A program made the translations under genes and the position numbers. A stretch of DNA of 64,000 nucleotides from Octopus sinensis (taxonomy: Eukaryota), in the NCBI RefSeq assembly GCF_006345805.1, contig NC_043006.1, forward strand, positions 73,284,001 through 73,348,000. The letters are read 5' to 3'. Shown here one piece after another: positions 24,882 through 37,978 of the stretch (the stretch's first letter is position 1; each line of letters starts with the position of its first letter). The notes beneath the pieces were generated by a model. It made no database searches. It was given only the letters and a program-made list of their open reading frames with translations, and was not told where the DNA came from.

Positions 24882-26076
24882 TCAGGTTGCAACGAAAATT
24901 CTGTTCGTTTTTTTTTTAAGGATAATTAAAACACATGATCATACTAATCTAGTTTCTAAATGATATTAGTAGCTATCTCAATCACTAAAATATTATTTCT
25001 TCTTTCAGATGACCCAAATGTACACTCCAAGTAAGGAGCACATACGGTAGAAGGGGAATGCAGCAAGTTCAGCAGCAAAATCACTCAAAAACATTGCTAA
25101 AAATGATGTGGTGAATGAAAGGACGTGCAGAAGATGGCTTTCACACTTCATAAAGAGTGACTCAGTCTAAAAGATGAAGCAAGAGAAGGAAGCCCCAAAG
25201 GATTCAATTCAGAGGAATTGCAAGCTACTGCTAATGAAAATTCAACCATTACAACTAGGGAGCTGAGCAAGGAGTTTAATGTGAGCCATATGACCATCTA
25301 TCGTGAAATAATAAAGCTTGGTAAAATCTCCAAGGCTAGAAGTTGGGATCCATATGATCTGTCAGAAAACAATCGCAAACAACGTGTGAACTGCTGTGTC
25401 TCATTGCATTCTCGTGAACTTCAGACACCTTTTCTTTAGACGGAATCATTACAATAATGTTAAACGCAAAAGACAGTGGCTCAGCCATAATTCAGGGCCT
25501 ATCCAACAGCCATGAAGCGGTCTGGAACAAAAAAAGATTCTTTTGAGTGTGTGGTGGGACATGAGGGAATTTTTTTATTATGAGCTGTTAAGTGACAATC
25601 AAACAATAACAGCTGAAGTTTATTGCCAGCAGCTAAGACGTTGAAAAGCAGTTTTGCAGGAAAAAGCAGCCTTCGTTGGTAAACAGGAAGGGAGTGATCC
25701 TGCAGCATGATAATGCCAGACCTCACACTGCAAGAGTGATCAAGAATCTCCTAGAAGAATTTGACTGGGAAATTATGCTTCACCCACCATATTCTCCTGA
25801 CCTTGCTCCAACAGATTACCATATTTTTAGAAACTTACTGAATCATTTTGCAGGACTTCGCTTACTCCAAGAGAAGAGGGTGAAATGAAGCTATTTTTTT
25901 TTCTGAGTTAAAACCAAATGAATTTTATGAAAAGGGTATCAAAAAGCTTAGGGAAAGATGGGAAGATGTCATTGAAAAGAATGGTGGCTATGTTGATGAT
26001 TAAATAAATTTATTTTTGGCAACATTTCATATTTATTTCAATTAGAAAAACGGACAGAACTTTTGTTACAACCTGA
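24882..26076 (+). mobile_element. Mariner DNA transposon, decayed transposase
   Basis: About 30-bp TIRs tcaggttgcaacgaaaattctgttcgttttt / aaaaacggacagaacttttgttacaacctga with TA TSD; motifs SWDPYDL (WVPHEL-like), QHDNARPH and HPPYSPDLAPTDY; multiple stops and frameshifts. Confidence 0.95.
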
Positions 26077-26144
26077 TACATATACACACATATATACACT
26101 CACATACACACACACGCATGTATATACCCACACACACACATCTA

Positions 26145-26537
26145 TCTCTTTGCTCTTTTACTTGTTTCAGTCATGTGACTGTGGCAATGCTGCAGCACCA
26201 CCTTTAGTCAAGGAAATCGACCCCCAGAACTTATTCTTTGTAAGCCTAGTACTTATTCTATCGGTCTCTTTTGCCGAACCGCAAACACACCAGCATCGGT
26301 TGTCAAGCGATGTTGGGGACAAACACAGACACACAAAGACACACATATATATACATATACATATACATATATACGACGGGCTTCTTTTTAGTTTCCGTCT
26401 ACAAAATCCACTCACAAGGCTTTGGTCGGCCCGAGGCTATAGAAGAAGACACTTGCCTACGGTACCACGCAGTGGGACTGAACTCGGAACCACGTGGTTG
26501 GTAAGCAAGCTACTTACCACACAGCAACTCCTGCGCC
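26145..26537 (-). mobile_element. SINE family B
   Basis: Reverse complement of the 13222 copy; an older head fragment follows at 26565-26652. Confidence 0.9.
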
Positions 26538-26805
26538 TATCTTTTATCTTTTACTTGCTATAATAAAAGACACTTGCGCAAAGTGCCACGCAATGGGACT
26601 GAGGCCGGAACCATGTGGCTGAGAAGCTAGCTTCTTACCACACAGCCACATTCGCACGCGCGTGCACTCACTCACACACACACATATACATAAATGCACG
26701 TTATATATTATGCATGTATGTTTATTTATATATATGTATATATAAATGGATATGCATATATGTATATACAGTTATGTTCATATATATGTATATGTATATA
26801 TACAT

Positions 26806-26953
26806 GTGTGTGGTAAGTAGCTTGCTAACCAACCACATGGTTCCGGGTTCAGTCCCACTGCGTGGCATCTTGGAAGTGTCTTCTGCTATAGCCCCGGGCC
26901 GACCAATGCCTTGTGAGTGGATTTGGTAGACGGAAACTGAAAGAAGCCTGTCG

Positions 26954-27023
<70 letters not shown>

Positions 27024-27235
27024 TTGTGTGTCTGTGTTTGTTCCCGTAGCATTGCTTGACAACCGATGCTGGTGTGTTTGCGGTCCCCGTCACTTAGCGG
27101 TTCGGCAAAAAGAGACCGATAGAATAAGTACTGGGCTTACAAAAAGAATAAGTCCTGGGGTCGAGTTGCTCGACTAAAGGCGGTGCTCCAGCATGGCCGC
27201 AGTCGGATGGCTGAAACAAGTAAAAGAGAAAGAGA
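26806..27235 (+). mobile_element. SINE family B
   Basis: Same head, CORE-like segment, internal (TA)n and 3' part as the 13222 copy. Confidence 0.9.
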
Positions 27236-27466
27236 AAGAGAAAGAGAAAAATATACATATGTCTGCATGTGTGTATATATATATATGTATATCAATAAAT
27301 ATACTTATGTAAATACACACACATACAAACACACACACACATACACATAAAATTAAGGCGTGAGTACGTTACATAAATAAGATTTTCAGGATTAAATAAA
27401 AAGACAACGAACGGAACATTTGACATACCTATATATATAATTAAAAAAACGTATATATATAATAAA

Positions 27467-27887
27467 AAAACGTGTAGTAAATAAACAAACAAACAAATAC
27501 TAAATACACGGGCGTACAGAAAACACAGAATGTCATCAGTTCTTCATCAGTTCTTTAGGACAATTTTCATTGCTCCTTTACGTCACTTTTTTTTGCTGTA
27601 TATGTATTAATACTATCATTAATTCTTGTCTTCGTCTGACACGAAGCCTTTATTCTATGTATGTTTTTGTCCCTCGTCCGTCCACTAACGGTCTCGTCTC
27701 GGTATGTTTCGGACCCATTCTCGACTGGTTTCTTGCCGGTGTCTCCAGTGTGGAAGCAATATTATCGATAATGGCCGAAATTGCGTTTGACCCTCTGGCC
27801 GATAACTGACGAGGAGTTGGTGACCTGTGTTTTCTGTTCGCCAGTGTATTTAGTATATGTTCGCTTGTTTATTTACTGCACACTTTT
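27467..27887. mobile_element. MITE-like element with imperfect terminal inverted repeats of about 85 bp
   Basis: 27467-27552 approximates the reverse complement of 27804-27887 (gtagtaaataaac..atactaaatacac..cagaaaacacag..tcagtt). Confidence 0.65.
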
Positions 27888-27899
27888 CTTTCTATCTAT

Positions 27900-27989
<90 letters not shown>

Positions 27990-28489
27990 GCATATATCAT
28001 TCAACTCAGTGATAAGATACATGAAGTTGCTTGGGAATGAAAATAAGCCCTATGAAATGCCTTAACGGCAGGAACCAAAAAGGAAATTCTCTTTGAAAGT
28101 TGTCGATCATATGAACAAGGGATCTCATGATTAGCTGAAATGTTGAGAATTTCATATAACATCCCTTTTATGTTGAAACTTTACTCTCAAAAGACCTCGT
28201 TGTCGGAATTTCATTTAATAATATCGAAGTCGGTGGCTGTCAAAATGATAATATTAATAAATATTTTCTAATGCAACTTAAATATATCATCGTGGAAAAT
28301 CTATTGATGACGCACATAAATATTAATGAAAATTTTTATCAAAAATTTATAACTGTAATAAAATAATTTGCAAGAATTTATCAATATCATCATCATTATC
28401 ACCACCACCACCACCACCACCACCACCACAATCACCATCTTCTTCTTCTTCTTTCTTCTTCTTCTTCTTCTTCTTCTTCTTCCCCAGTT

Positions 28490-28918
28490 AAGGCAGCGAG
28501 CTGGCAGAATCGCTAGCACGCTGGAGGGAATGCTTAGCGATATTTCGCCCGTCGCTACATTCTGCGTTCAAATTCCGCTTAGGTCGGCTTTGTCTTCCAT
28601 CCTTTCGGGGTTGATAAATTAAGTACCAGTGAAACGCCTGGGGTCGATGTAATCGACTTAATCCTCTCCCCCAAGCTGCCTTTGTGGCAAAAATTTGAAA
28701 TCATTATTATTATTATTAAGTCTGTGAGCTGGCAGAATCGTTAGCACGCCGTACCCAAAGCTCAGCGACATGTCTGTCTTTACATTCTGAGTTCAAATTT
28801 CTCCGAGGCAAACTTTGCCTTTCATCCTTTCAGGGTCGATAAAATAAGCACCAATTGAGCCCTGGAATCGACTAATCGACTGCCCAGAAATAATTGGTCT
28901 TGAGCTAAAATCTGAAAC

Positions 28919-28920
<2 letters not shown>
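28490..28920 (+). mobile_element. Two tandem SINE family C monomers, each ending in (ATT)n
   Basis: Heads gagctggcagaatcg at about 28497 and 28727; core ttcatcctttc..gtcgataaa. Confidence 0.8.
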
Positions 28921-28967
<47 letters not shown>

Positions 28968-29193
28968 GAGTGAGAGAGCAGTGCATGCCATCAAAATGAC
29001 ACTGGGGTAAAATATACGAAGCCCAGTATACCCATCATGACTACCCGTCTGATAAGGGTACACCAGGCACATGCATCACAACCATATGTACGCGACATGG
29101 TGATCTCATATCAAGATAAACAGCATATGACCTTGCAGGTGGGGCCCAGTTAGGATTTTCTTCAGGTCGAGTAACCCATCCCACTCAAAAGGT
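28968..29193 (-). mobile_element. Family D retroposon, 5'-truncated, inserted in the (ATT)n tail of a SINE C
   Basis: Reverse complement of about 22550-22775. Confidence 0.85.
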
Positions 29194-30624
29194 GCATACT
29201 ATGTTTGTATGCACTTAGCAAAATTCCCCCTGCGGTGTTTTCCCTCAGCAATTTTTGTTGATATTAATAATCAGCTGCATTACATCTCCCATTCTTTGCG
29301 TATATATTGATCATTTTAAGCGTGCCACTTGAGTAAAATACGTATCACTGATGAGGTTTCAAAATATAGAAACATGCCTGTTACTTTCAGTCGTTGGTAT
29401 TAAACCCAATTTACTTTTAACTGCATTGTTTTTCTCTTCCCCCAATTTCACTTATTTGATCTTACTAGAATTATCACCCTTATTCACTCCTGAAAGAGGG
29501 TTTGTGTGCAAATTGTCTATTTTTGTTCCCCCTTCTAGAAATGGCCGAATCTTACTTATATTACCCACCACCATCTTTAAAATATGAAAGACACGTTTTT
29601 CCAAAAAATCCTGTATACTCCTAGAAAGATAAGATGGTCACAGCCGGAGTGACTTTACCCATAAAGTAAGAGCAGCAACGTCAGGTGGCCCCTATTTTAT
29701 CGATTTAGGAGAGGCTAAAGACTAAGTCGATGCCAGTAGGATTTGAACACCAAAGGAAAATGCGAAAATGGATGTAAACTAAATACCGCAACAAATTTAG
29801 ATTAACGTTTTAAGCGATTCTACCAATCTCTTCATCGTTGTCTATCACCTCAGATAATTGTCATAGAGTGATTAGTAGGCGTAAGCTATTAAATCATTTT
29901 TGAAATGTAAACGTTAGATAAAGCATTTTGAAGTTAATAACTTTTGAATAATCGCTCTGTAATTATACATTTATATATTTTCATGTCATTCAGATTTATT
30001 TAATAAAAGGAAGAAACTTTCAACAGTAAAATAATTCTAGCTGTAAGGAAGTCTGCGTAAAGCAGAAATAAAATCAAAGAAAATAGAAATGAAAATATCA
30101 ACTGAGTTTTGTGAGATTGAATAAACCACTTCTAGCCGCTAACATTTATCGATTACAAACGTTTGTAAGAATTCTAAAATTACCAATATTGAATAGTAAT
30201 GTCATCCAGGCTCTTTAATTTAAATTCTACTCCGTAATCAATTAAAAACGAATAAAGACTGTAAAATAATTGGATGGGTGGTGCAATGTATAAGCGGGGT
30301 CATTCAGTTACCGATTAGGCCGTCGCGGGTACTGCCGTGATAAGTTATGGTCGACAAAACTATAATTAAAGACATTCCAGCCTTGACCATTCCGTCTTTT
30401 TTTTTGGAATTTAGTAACATTGTAGCAATAGCAGCTAAATTCCCTTCTACTACCTTAAACAAGGAGGATCCTCTTGAGCGACCACATAGACGCCTCTGAG
30501 TGAGAGAATTGCTAAATGTAGGCTACACAGTGATGAATATCTAATAATTATGGTTTTTCGGTGTAGAACTGAAATCCTTAGTGCCATATAATATGGAGAC
30601 AAACGAGCTTAGACGAGAGGACGA

Positions 30625-30790
30625 AGGCGTGGCTGTTTGGTTAAAAAACTAGCTTAGCAACCAACCACACAATTTTGGGTTCAGTTCCACTGCACGGTAC
30701 CTTAGTATTGTGCCATGAACCGTTACTTAGGGCTGACCGGTAACTTGACTCTTAAATTAGCTGGACGGAAACTGTGTGGTAGCTGGTCGT
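30625..30790 (+). mobile_element. Old SINE family B-like head
   Basis: ggcgtggctgtttggtt...gggttcagttccactgcacggtacctt; followed by (CA)n and (TACA)n to 31140. Confidence 0.55.
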
Positions 30791-30795
30791 TTGAT

Positions 30796-30869
<74 letters not shown>

Positions 30870-31468
30870 CACAGACACACAGACAGACACACACACGCGT
30901 GTATATGCTGTATCTGTTCGTTTTTCTTTCGACTTATTTCTCTTTCTTTCTCTCTCTGTACATACATACATACATACATATATACATAATACATACATAG
31001 ATACATACATACATACATACATACATACATACATACATACATACATGCATACATACATGCATGCATACATACATACATACATACATACATACATACATAC
31101 ATACATACATACAACCCCCCACCACACATATATACATATAGCCGTCAACTAAACTTAATGGAGTGTGAATAACATAACATCTACATAACTAGAAATATGA
31201 GCTAGAATGTTCCAATGCTGTTTCAAAGCACATAGCATATACTCTGATAGGGGCTGCAATCACTCTGAACACCGAACTGAGAATTCCATAGACTGACCGG
31301 CCAGTTTCAGCAATTTCCTTTGCCATATTTAGTAAGGCCAGCTCGTTCGGTTGATTTCGGGCTAGCTCGGCTATCAGAGTATATATATATATATATTCAC
31401 CATAAAAAATCTGTGGACGAATTCGCAGATCGCTAATGTGTATACAAAAAAATGAATAAAAACAGCTG

Positions 31469-31893
31469 GGATCTTTTCGGTTTGAACGGCAGTTTTTTCT
31501 AGCGGTGTCATATGAAATTGTCACCCATAATTATGACCCTAGTATCGATCTATTGCATTTCAATCTATTTTAGGGTTAGGGTTAGTTAGGGTTAGGGGTG
31601 GGGGAAGGGTATCTTTTTTTCTTCACAAATGTAAATAAACCCAATCTGTTTCTTAAACGAGGGACATATTCATACGGCACAGAATGTTGTTTACCTCAAT
31701 GGACGTCAGTGATTGGTTGAAATTGCAGAAATTGAAGAAAACAACAACAAATATCTTACAAACTATAGAATTTTCTCAATAAAGCCAAAAGAAAAAGATG
31801 TTTTATAAACACATTCTACCAGTATATGAAGTTTAAAATTTTTTAGTTACCTAGAAATTATGTTAAAAACTGCCGTTCAAACCGAAAAGATCC
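31469..31893. mobile_element. 425-bp MITE with a 9-bp TSD (Mutator/Merlin-like) carrying internal TTAGGG repeats
   Basis: TIR ggatcttttcggtttgaacggcagttttt / aaaaactgccgttcaaaccgaaaagatcc; TSD aaacagctg (31460-31468, 31894-31902); ttagggttagggttagttagggttagggg near 31570-31598. Confidence 0.9.
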
Positions 31894-31904
31894 AAACAGC
31901 TGTT

Positions 31905-33660
31905 TGCAACGTTATACTGTAAAGGCAATTATAGTGGTTAACAAAACTTGATTAAGGGTGTGAATAACACCTACATTGCTGGAAATAGGAGCTGACCTCC
32001 CTGACAGTACATACTTTTCCTTGTCTGTTCCAAACAACAATAACCAGCCTGTCATGTATAAACAGGACAGATGTTTTGATGGGAATGTTCCACCAGTATT
32101 CCTTGTGTTGCTGTTTGTGTGTATTCAATAACAGGAGTATTCTCTTTATTTATTTCAAGACAGTCTTTTTCCGAATGGTACTGTATATTGTTTTTGCATC
32201 AATGTCATGTCGCATTGGAAGGTAGTACCTTGATGATATTTTTGGGCAGCTGCTAATCACATGTGGAATGCCTTCCACAGAAATATAATACAATCTACAT
32301 TTTCGGTTGTATCTTTGAGCTCCAAGGGTTTTGCAGCCTCTTTTGTCTATTAGGTATTTCGGAGCAATCTTCTGTTCTTGGATTGCAAATGCATAGCTTT
32401 CAAAGTGTGATGTGATGTAGCGGTCACGAGTCCAAAAGAGGCGTCGCTTCATGTCGATATCACTGTCTTTTTCAAGTCTACGGGAAACGTAACCATGCAT
32501 GGTATTGTTTTGGTATGCTGAGCGTTTTACATCCAGTTTTTCGTTCAGGTATATTTGTCGGGCTGTTTTGGGGCTGTACGATAGATCATTAAAAACACAG
32601 TGTTTCCTGAAGTGATCGCTGGCGACATGTATATTGTTTTCTTCATTTTCCAGCACTACGAGTTAATGCATTTATTTTTTATTGTTGTTGTAGCAAGTGC
32701 TGTTTGAGAGAGACTATATGACGTTCGAACGCTGTCTGCACTGATCTCAAGTCTCTACCTCCTTTATCTCTTCTTATTTAGAGCCAGTCAGCATCACTGT
32801 TTCTGTGGAGATTTCCACTTGATGTCAGTATCTTGCGGGTTTTAAACATCTATGGAGTGGATTTCTTCTCCGGACCAGTCAAGAATTCAAAATGTTGGAA
32901 TGAACACTGGTACTGGAAATGCATTGTGGGCTGCTGTCTTGTGAGAGGAAAATCATATCTGCCGTATTTTTCTAAGTCTGATATAATATTGTCGAGTTAC
33001 TCTATCTTTATTCACAGTGTCTTCGTATGATAAGTTTTCATCAATACCTAGGCACTTATAACATTCTTTGTGTGAGACTACTGATGCACAGGTTTGGGTC
33101 TGAGGAATTGAATTTCTCCGTTCAACAATCAAATATGAACTTTTCTTTAGGCCTAATTCCAACTCTATGTCAGCTGAAAATGTTATTAATTCCAGCTGTT
33201 AACATTTTTAGCATAAATTTTGAGGTCATTCACACACAAAAAAATAAAAATTATGGAGTACATTAATGTCTCTAGCAGTTGCAGATCCTAGTATGGATTC
33301 ATTTGGTTTTTATAGCAGGAATAATAATGAATTTAATGTCAAAATGAGCAAAATTACAGAAACACTTACTCCTTGAAATATTCTCCTTGAAATATTTATA
33401 ACATTGGTGACGATCGTTCTGTTCTCAGTTCTGAGCGTAAGAATTGCTGCCCAAGTCTTTGCAAGCCTCTCAATGACAGCAATTAAGGGTAGCAGACACT
33501 TTTGCTAAATGTAGACATTTCAACAGCCATGAATGAAATGTAGAGTAAAATGCCTTCCTATAACCAAGTCATACTGTTGTAAGACTTCTGCGATATTTTA
33601 GACATACAGTTTTATTTCCAGCGGCCTGCTCATCACTCACTATACTGTTCACCCCATAAT
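31905..33660 (-). pseudogene. Decayed R4/Dong-type RT-RLE relic (older lineage)
   Basis: Minus-strand remnants V*LGYRKAFYS, IFQG, VNDLKIYA, MELGLKKS..YKCLGIDE, KCRL..HVISSC..RHD and WWNIPIK..DRLVIVVW. Confidence 0.75.
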
Positions 33661-33929
33661 GATCCTGGAGGAATTGGTTGAGGCAGTTTGTTTACAGTTG
33701 GTACATAACGTATAGGCAAGAAAGGGGCCTATACTTTTCTGTGAACTCGGTGGTTTCATTCTTGACTATGTATGTATGTATGTATGTATGTATGTATGTA
33801 TGTATGTATGTATGTATGTATGTATCTATCTATCTATCTATATATCTATCTATCTATCTATTTGTCTGTCTGTCTGTCTGTCTGCCTGTCTATCTATCTA
33901 TCTTTAGTAAAAAAAAAAAAAGATCGACC

Positions 33930-34230
33930 CTTGTTTCCAAACTGGGTACTTTTTCTATTGATATCTTTTGCTGAATCGCTTAGTTACAATACCGATCGTC
34001 AAGGGGTGAGTGACAAATGCAAACACAAACACAAAAGCTCGTACAAACGTACACGCACACACACAGACATATATATGACGAACTTCTACGCAGTTTTCGC
34101 CTACTAAGTTCACTTACAAGGCATCGGTCAGCCCAGGGCTATAGTAGAAAACATTAGGCCGAGGTGCCGCGCAGCAAAGTTGAAGCGAAACCTCATGGTT
34201 GCAAAGCGAGCTTCTTTACCACAAAACCAT
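33930..34230 (-). mobile_element. Old SINE family B copy
   Basis: ggtcagcccagggctatagtagaa...ggtgccgcgcag...accacaaaacc. Confidence 0.55.
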
Positions 34231-35151
34231 ACTTGTTTCTATAAAATAAACAGATGTAATGAGTGGGAGTATTATTGTAATTATTAATTCCAGTGCATTA
34301 TTAAAGGTATGGCGCTGAATAGCATCATTACTGCCAATTTTGCCTAATCTCATTATGTTGTCGGAGTAGAATCTCAGAAACGTATTGTTGACTGTGACAC
34401 AAAACATGGTTCCGTATATCGAAGCAAATTTAAATAAAAAATGAAAAAAAGGTTTCTTTGTGGGCGGAGAAATATGAGAAGAGATAAGGAGCCCTTAGTA
34501 TGATATTACCTCTTCATTCTATTATATTTTTGATGGTCAGGTATTTTTTTGCGTGTGGATGTGTTTTTCTCTCTTCAAAAAACAGTTTTCTCCCCATCTT
34601 GTCGCCCCTTGTATTAGAAATTACAGAAAAATGTCAGTGCTTCGTGTAATCATCTTCCCTTAAAATCAATTTTTGATGCTATAAAGGATATTCGTGCAAG
34701 AATCTGCAATTTTCAGTTATTATTATTGAAAAAAAACCCCAAAAAAACAAAACATATTCAATCTCAAGACATAAAATTTTGCAGGCACATTTATTTGCTA
34801 ATCAATCTGCCATGCTATTGCAGTATCTGTTCGGTTATTAAAACACGTTTGAAATCGCGTTTGAAATAACAATTGATAAAAGCCATTGACAATATTGACA
34901 ATGTTGACAGTATTTTCGACTCTCAATTCCAAAATATATAAATAGAAAAATATAACAAAAAAAATATGAAAAACAAAAAAATCAATTTTTTAGGAAGAAA
35001 ATGTAAAATACATAAAGGAGCTTATTTAAAATGTAAACGTTGTTTTGTTATCATTTCGATTTTCCAATTGATAGCTGTTTAGTGCATGTGTTTTCAGCCA
35101 TTGCTTAGACAAATTATGGAAGACGTCTTCAGGTAATCTGTTTCTGCATTG

Positions 35152-35316
35152 GCAGAATCGTTAGCACGCCGCAAAAAATGCTTAGCGGCATTTCATCCGT
35201 CTTCGTGTTCCAAGTTCGAATTCCGCCGAAGTCTGCCTTGTTTTTCATTCTTTCGGGGCCGATAAAATAAGTACCAGTTGAATACTGGGTGTCGAAATTT
35301 GTGCCAAAACTTGAAA
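35152..35316 (+). mobile_element. SINE family C monomer (old)
   Basis: tggcagaatcgttagcacgccg...ttcggggccgataaaataagtacc. Confidence 0.7.
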
Positions 35317-35840
35317 TCTTTTCTGCATCGTTATCTTTTTATCCTTTACTACTTTCAGTCATCATACTGCGACCTCTTGGGGCACCGCCTTGTAGTTCTT
35401 TCTTTTTAATTACTCATGGATTTTAAAGGTGTTATAGTGGACACAATCCAGGTTCTTGCTTCTATTGGTATATATAAAAGTAGCAAGTAATATGTAAGAT
35501 TTCGTATGTTTTAATTGTAGATTCAAAATTCTAGTAACGCCTTGTGTTGTGAGGAGATAGTTACCTCACTTGTATCAAGAATCATGACCATATATGTATG
35601 TTATTCGCCGTTCTGTCTAAAGAATCATTTTGCATCAGACTTGGCTTTAATAGAAGTCATTTGCGCAAAGTGAATCCCAAAATAATTTACAGAATTGTAC
35701 AACGAAAAATCGTTCTGAAATCTGTCAACGACTTTTGGATAGCTGTGTTAACAAACAAGGTACATTCTTGGAAAAAATCCCAAAATCATATGTGTGTGTG
35801 TGTGTGTGTGTGTGTGTTGTGTGTGTGTGTGTTTGTGTGT

Positions 35841-36225
35841 GGAGGCGCAATGGCCCAGTGGTTAGGGCAGCGGACTCGCGGTCATAGGATCGCGGTTTCG
35901 ATTCCCAGACCGGGCGTTGTGAGTGTTTATTGAGCGAAAACACCTAAAAAGCTCCACGAGACTCCGGCAGGGGATGGTGGTGATCCCTGCTGTACTCTTT
36001 CGCCACAACTTTCTCTCACTCTTACTTCCTGTTTCTGTTGTACCTGTATTTCAAGGGGCCGGCCTTGTCACTCTCTGTGTCACGCTGAATATCCCCGAGA
36101 ACTACGTTAAGGGTGCACGTGTCTGTGGAGTGCTCAGCCACTTACACGTTAATTTCACGAGCAGGCTGTTCCGTTGATTCGGATCAACCGGAACCCTCAT
36201 CGTCGTAACCGGCGGAGTGCTTCCA
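35841..36225 (+). mobile_element. SINE family A
   Basis: Reverse complement of the 1243-1626 copy; possible TSD tgtgtttgtgtg. Confidence 0.9.
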
Positions 36226-36773
36226 ATGTCACTAATGTGTTTGTGTGCGTGCGTGCGCACGTGCGTTACTTTTTTGCTGCTAATATTTAAAATAAAATCA
36301 GTATTAATCATTATGCATTTTTATATGGACACACACACAAACCACAATGTATCTGAAGAATGAGAAAAAGCTGATGCTTAGGATTAAAGAGAAGTCAATA
36401 TTTTGGATTATATTTCACGTCATCGAAGATCAATTGTTCGAAACCTCAGATCTTTCCACTCATCACTCTTAACAGCAACTAATCTTATTAATCACTACAA
36501 ACTCCAACGGATTTTGTAATGCTGTCCATCCTCAGATCTCTCGTATTCTGAATATTTTTTTCATACGATTTTGTGCCAAGCAAGGTTTAAGGCCACGGTA
36601 GCGTAAGACACAACAAAAAAGGTAAAAAAAAAATTGGGGCTTAAGGTACTGAATATTATAACCCAGAAGAAAACAAGACAATGGTGATGAGTTGCTGAGA
36701 GCAGCTGTTCAAAGAAAGAGATCATAAATATTTAAAAATATTCGAGGGTTGCGAGCTGGCTTAATCGTTAACA

Positions 36774-37381
36774 CGACGGCGAGCTGGCAGAATCGTTAGC
36801 ACACCGGGCGAAATGCTTAGCGGTATTTCGTCTGCGGTTACGTTCTGAGTTCAAATTCCGCCGAGGTCGACTTTGCCTTTCATCCTTTCGGGGTCGATAA
36901 ATTAAGTACCAGTTACGAACTGGGGTCGATGTAATCGACTTAATACCTATGTCTGTCCTTGTTTGTTCCCTCTGTGTTTAGCCCCTTGTGGGTAGTAAAG
37001 AAATAGGTATTTCGTTTGCCGTTACGTTCTGAGTTCAAATTCCACCGAGGTCGACTTTGCCGTTCATTATTTCGGGGTCGATTAAATAAGTACCAGTAAC
37101 GCACTGGGGTCGATATAATCGACTTAATCCGTTTGTCTGTTCTTGTTTGTCCCCTCTGTGTTTAGCCTCTTGTGGGTAGCAAAGAAATAGAAATAGGTAT
37201 TTCGTCTGCCGTTACGTTCTGAGTTCAAATTCCGCCGAGGTCGACTTTGCCTTTCATCCTTTCGGGGTCGATAAATTAAGTACCAGTTACGCACTGGAGT
37301 CGATGTAATCGACTTAATCCGTTTGTCTGTCCTTGTTTGTCCCCTCTATGTTTAGCCCATTGTGGGCAGTAAAGAAATAAG
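36774..37381 (+). mobile_element. SINE family C trimer, nested inside the head of an older SINE C (36745-37520)
   Basis: One head plus three units of about 180-190 bp; TSD aatcgttaaca (36763-36773, 37382-37392), after which the host head resumes. Confidence 0.85.
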
Positions 37382-37754
37382 AATCGTTAACATGCCGAGC
37401 AAAATGCTTCGCGGCTTTTCGTCCGTTTTTACGATCTGAGCATAGATCCTATCGAGTTGGACTTACCCTTTCGACATTGCTTTTCATCCAAATTCCACCG
37501 AGTTTGACTTAGCTTTTATCCTATTTTGTTGAAGTATGAATTCGTATGAGAATATATTTATTAAATTAAATTTCATTTTAACCTTATGTGTGCGCAGGGT
37601 ATGGATCGCCCTTCCGATGCCTTTTTTTTCTCATTTTTTATATTTAGTTTTGGACTCTAGGCTAATTTCTGAAAGTCGATTAATTCAACATTCACATATT
37701 ACACACTTTAGGGGAGGAAACTGTCAATAAATGATTACTCCACATTACTCCGTA

Positions 37755-37978
37755 AGGTGCACAGGGCCGACGTCCCGGTTTCTGTGATGTATAATATTCT
37801 CTCCGTGGGCGGCAAACCGGTCCATTGCAGCATTACTCATTTTTACTAGTTGAGTGGACCGGAGCAACGTGAAATGAATTGTCCTGCTCAAGAACACAAT
37901 GCATCGCCCGGTCCAGGAATTGAAACCACAATCTAACGATCATGAATCTAACACCTTAACCTCTAAGTCATGTGCCTC
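37755..37978 (-). mobile_element. Old tRNA-headed SINE of another family; related copy at about 54440-54745
   Basis: Minus-strand head gaggcacatgacttagaggtt...ggtttcaattcc followed by gtgttcttgagcaggacaattcatttcacgttgctcc. Confidence 0.6.

Noticed and set aside
27770-27820. Type II hammerhead from ggccGAAA...CTGACGAgg
   Set aside because: Helix II has only 2 bp, and helices I/III and the UH triplet cannot be formed.
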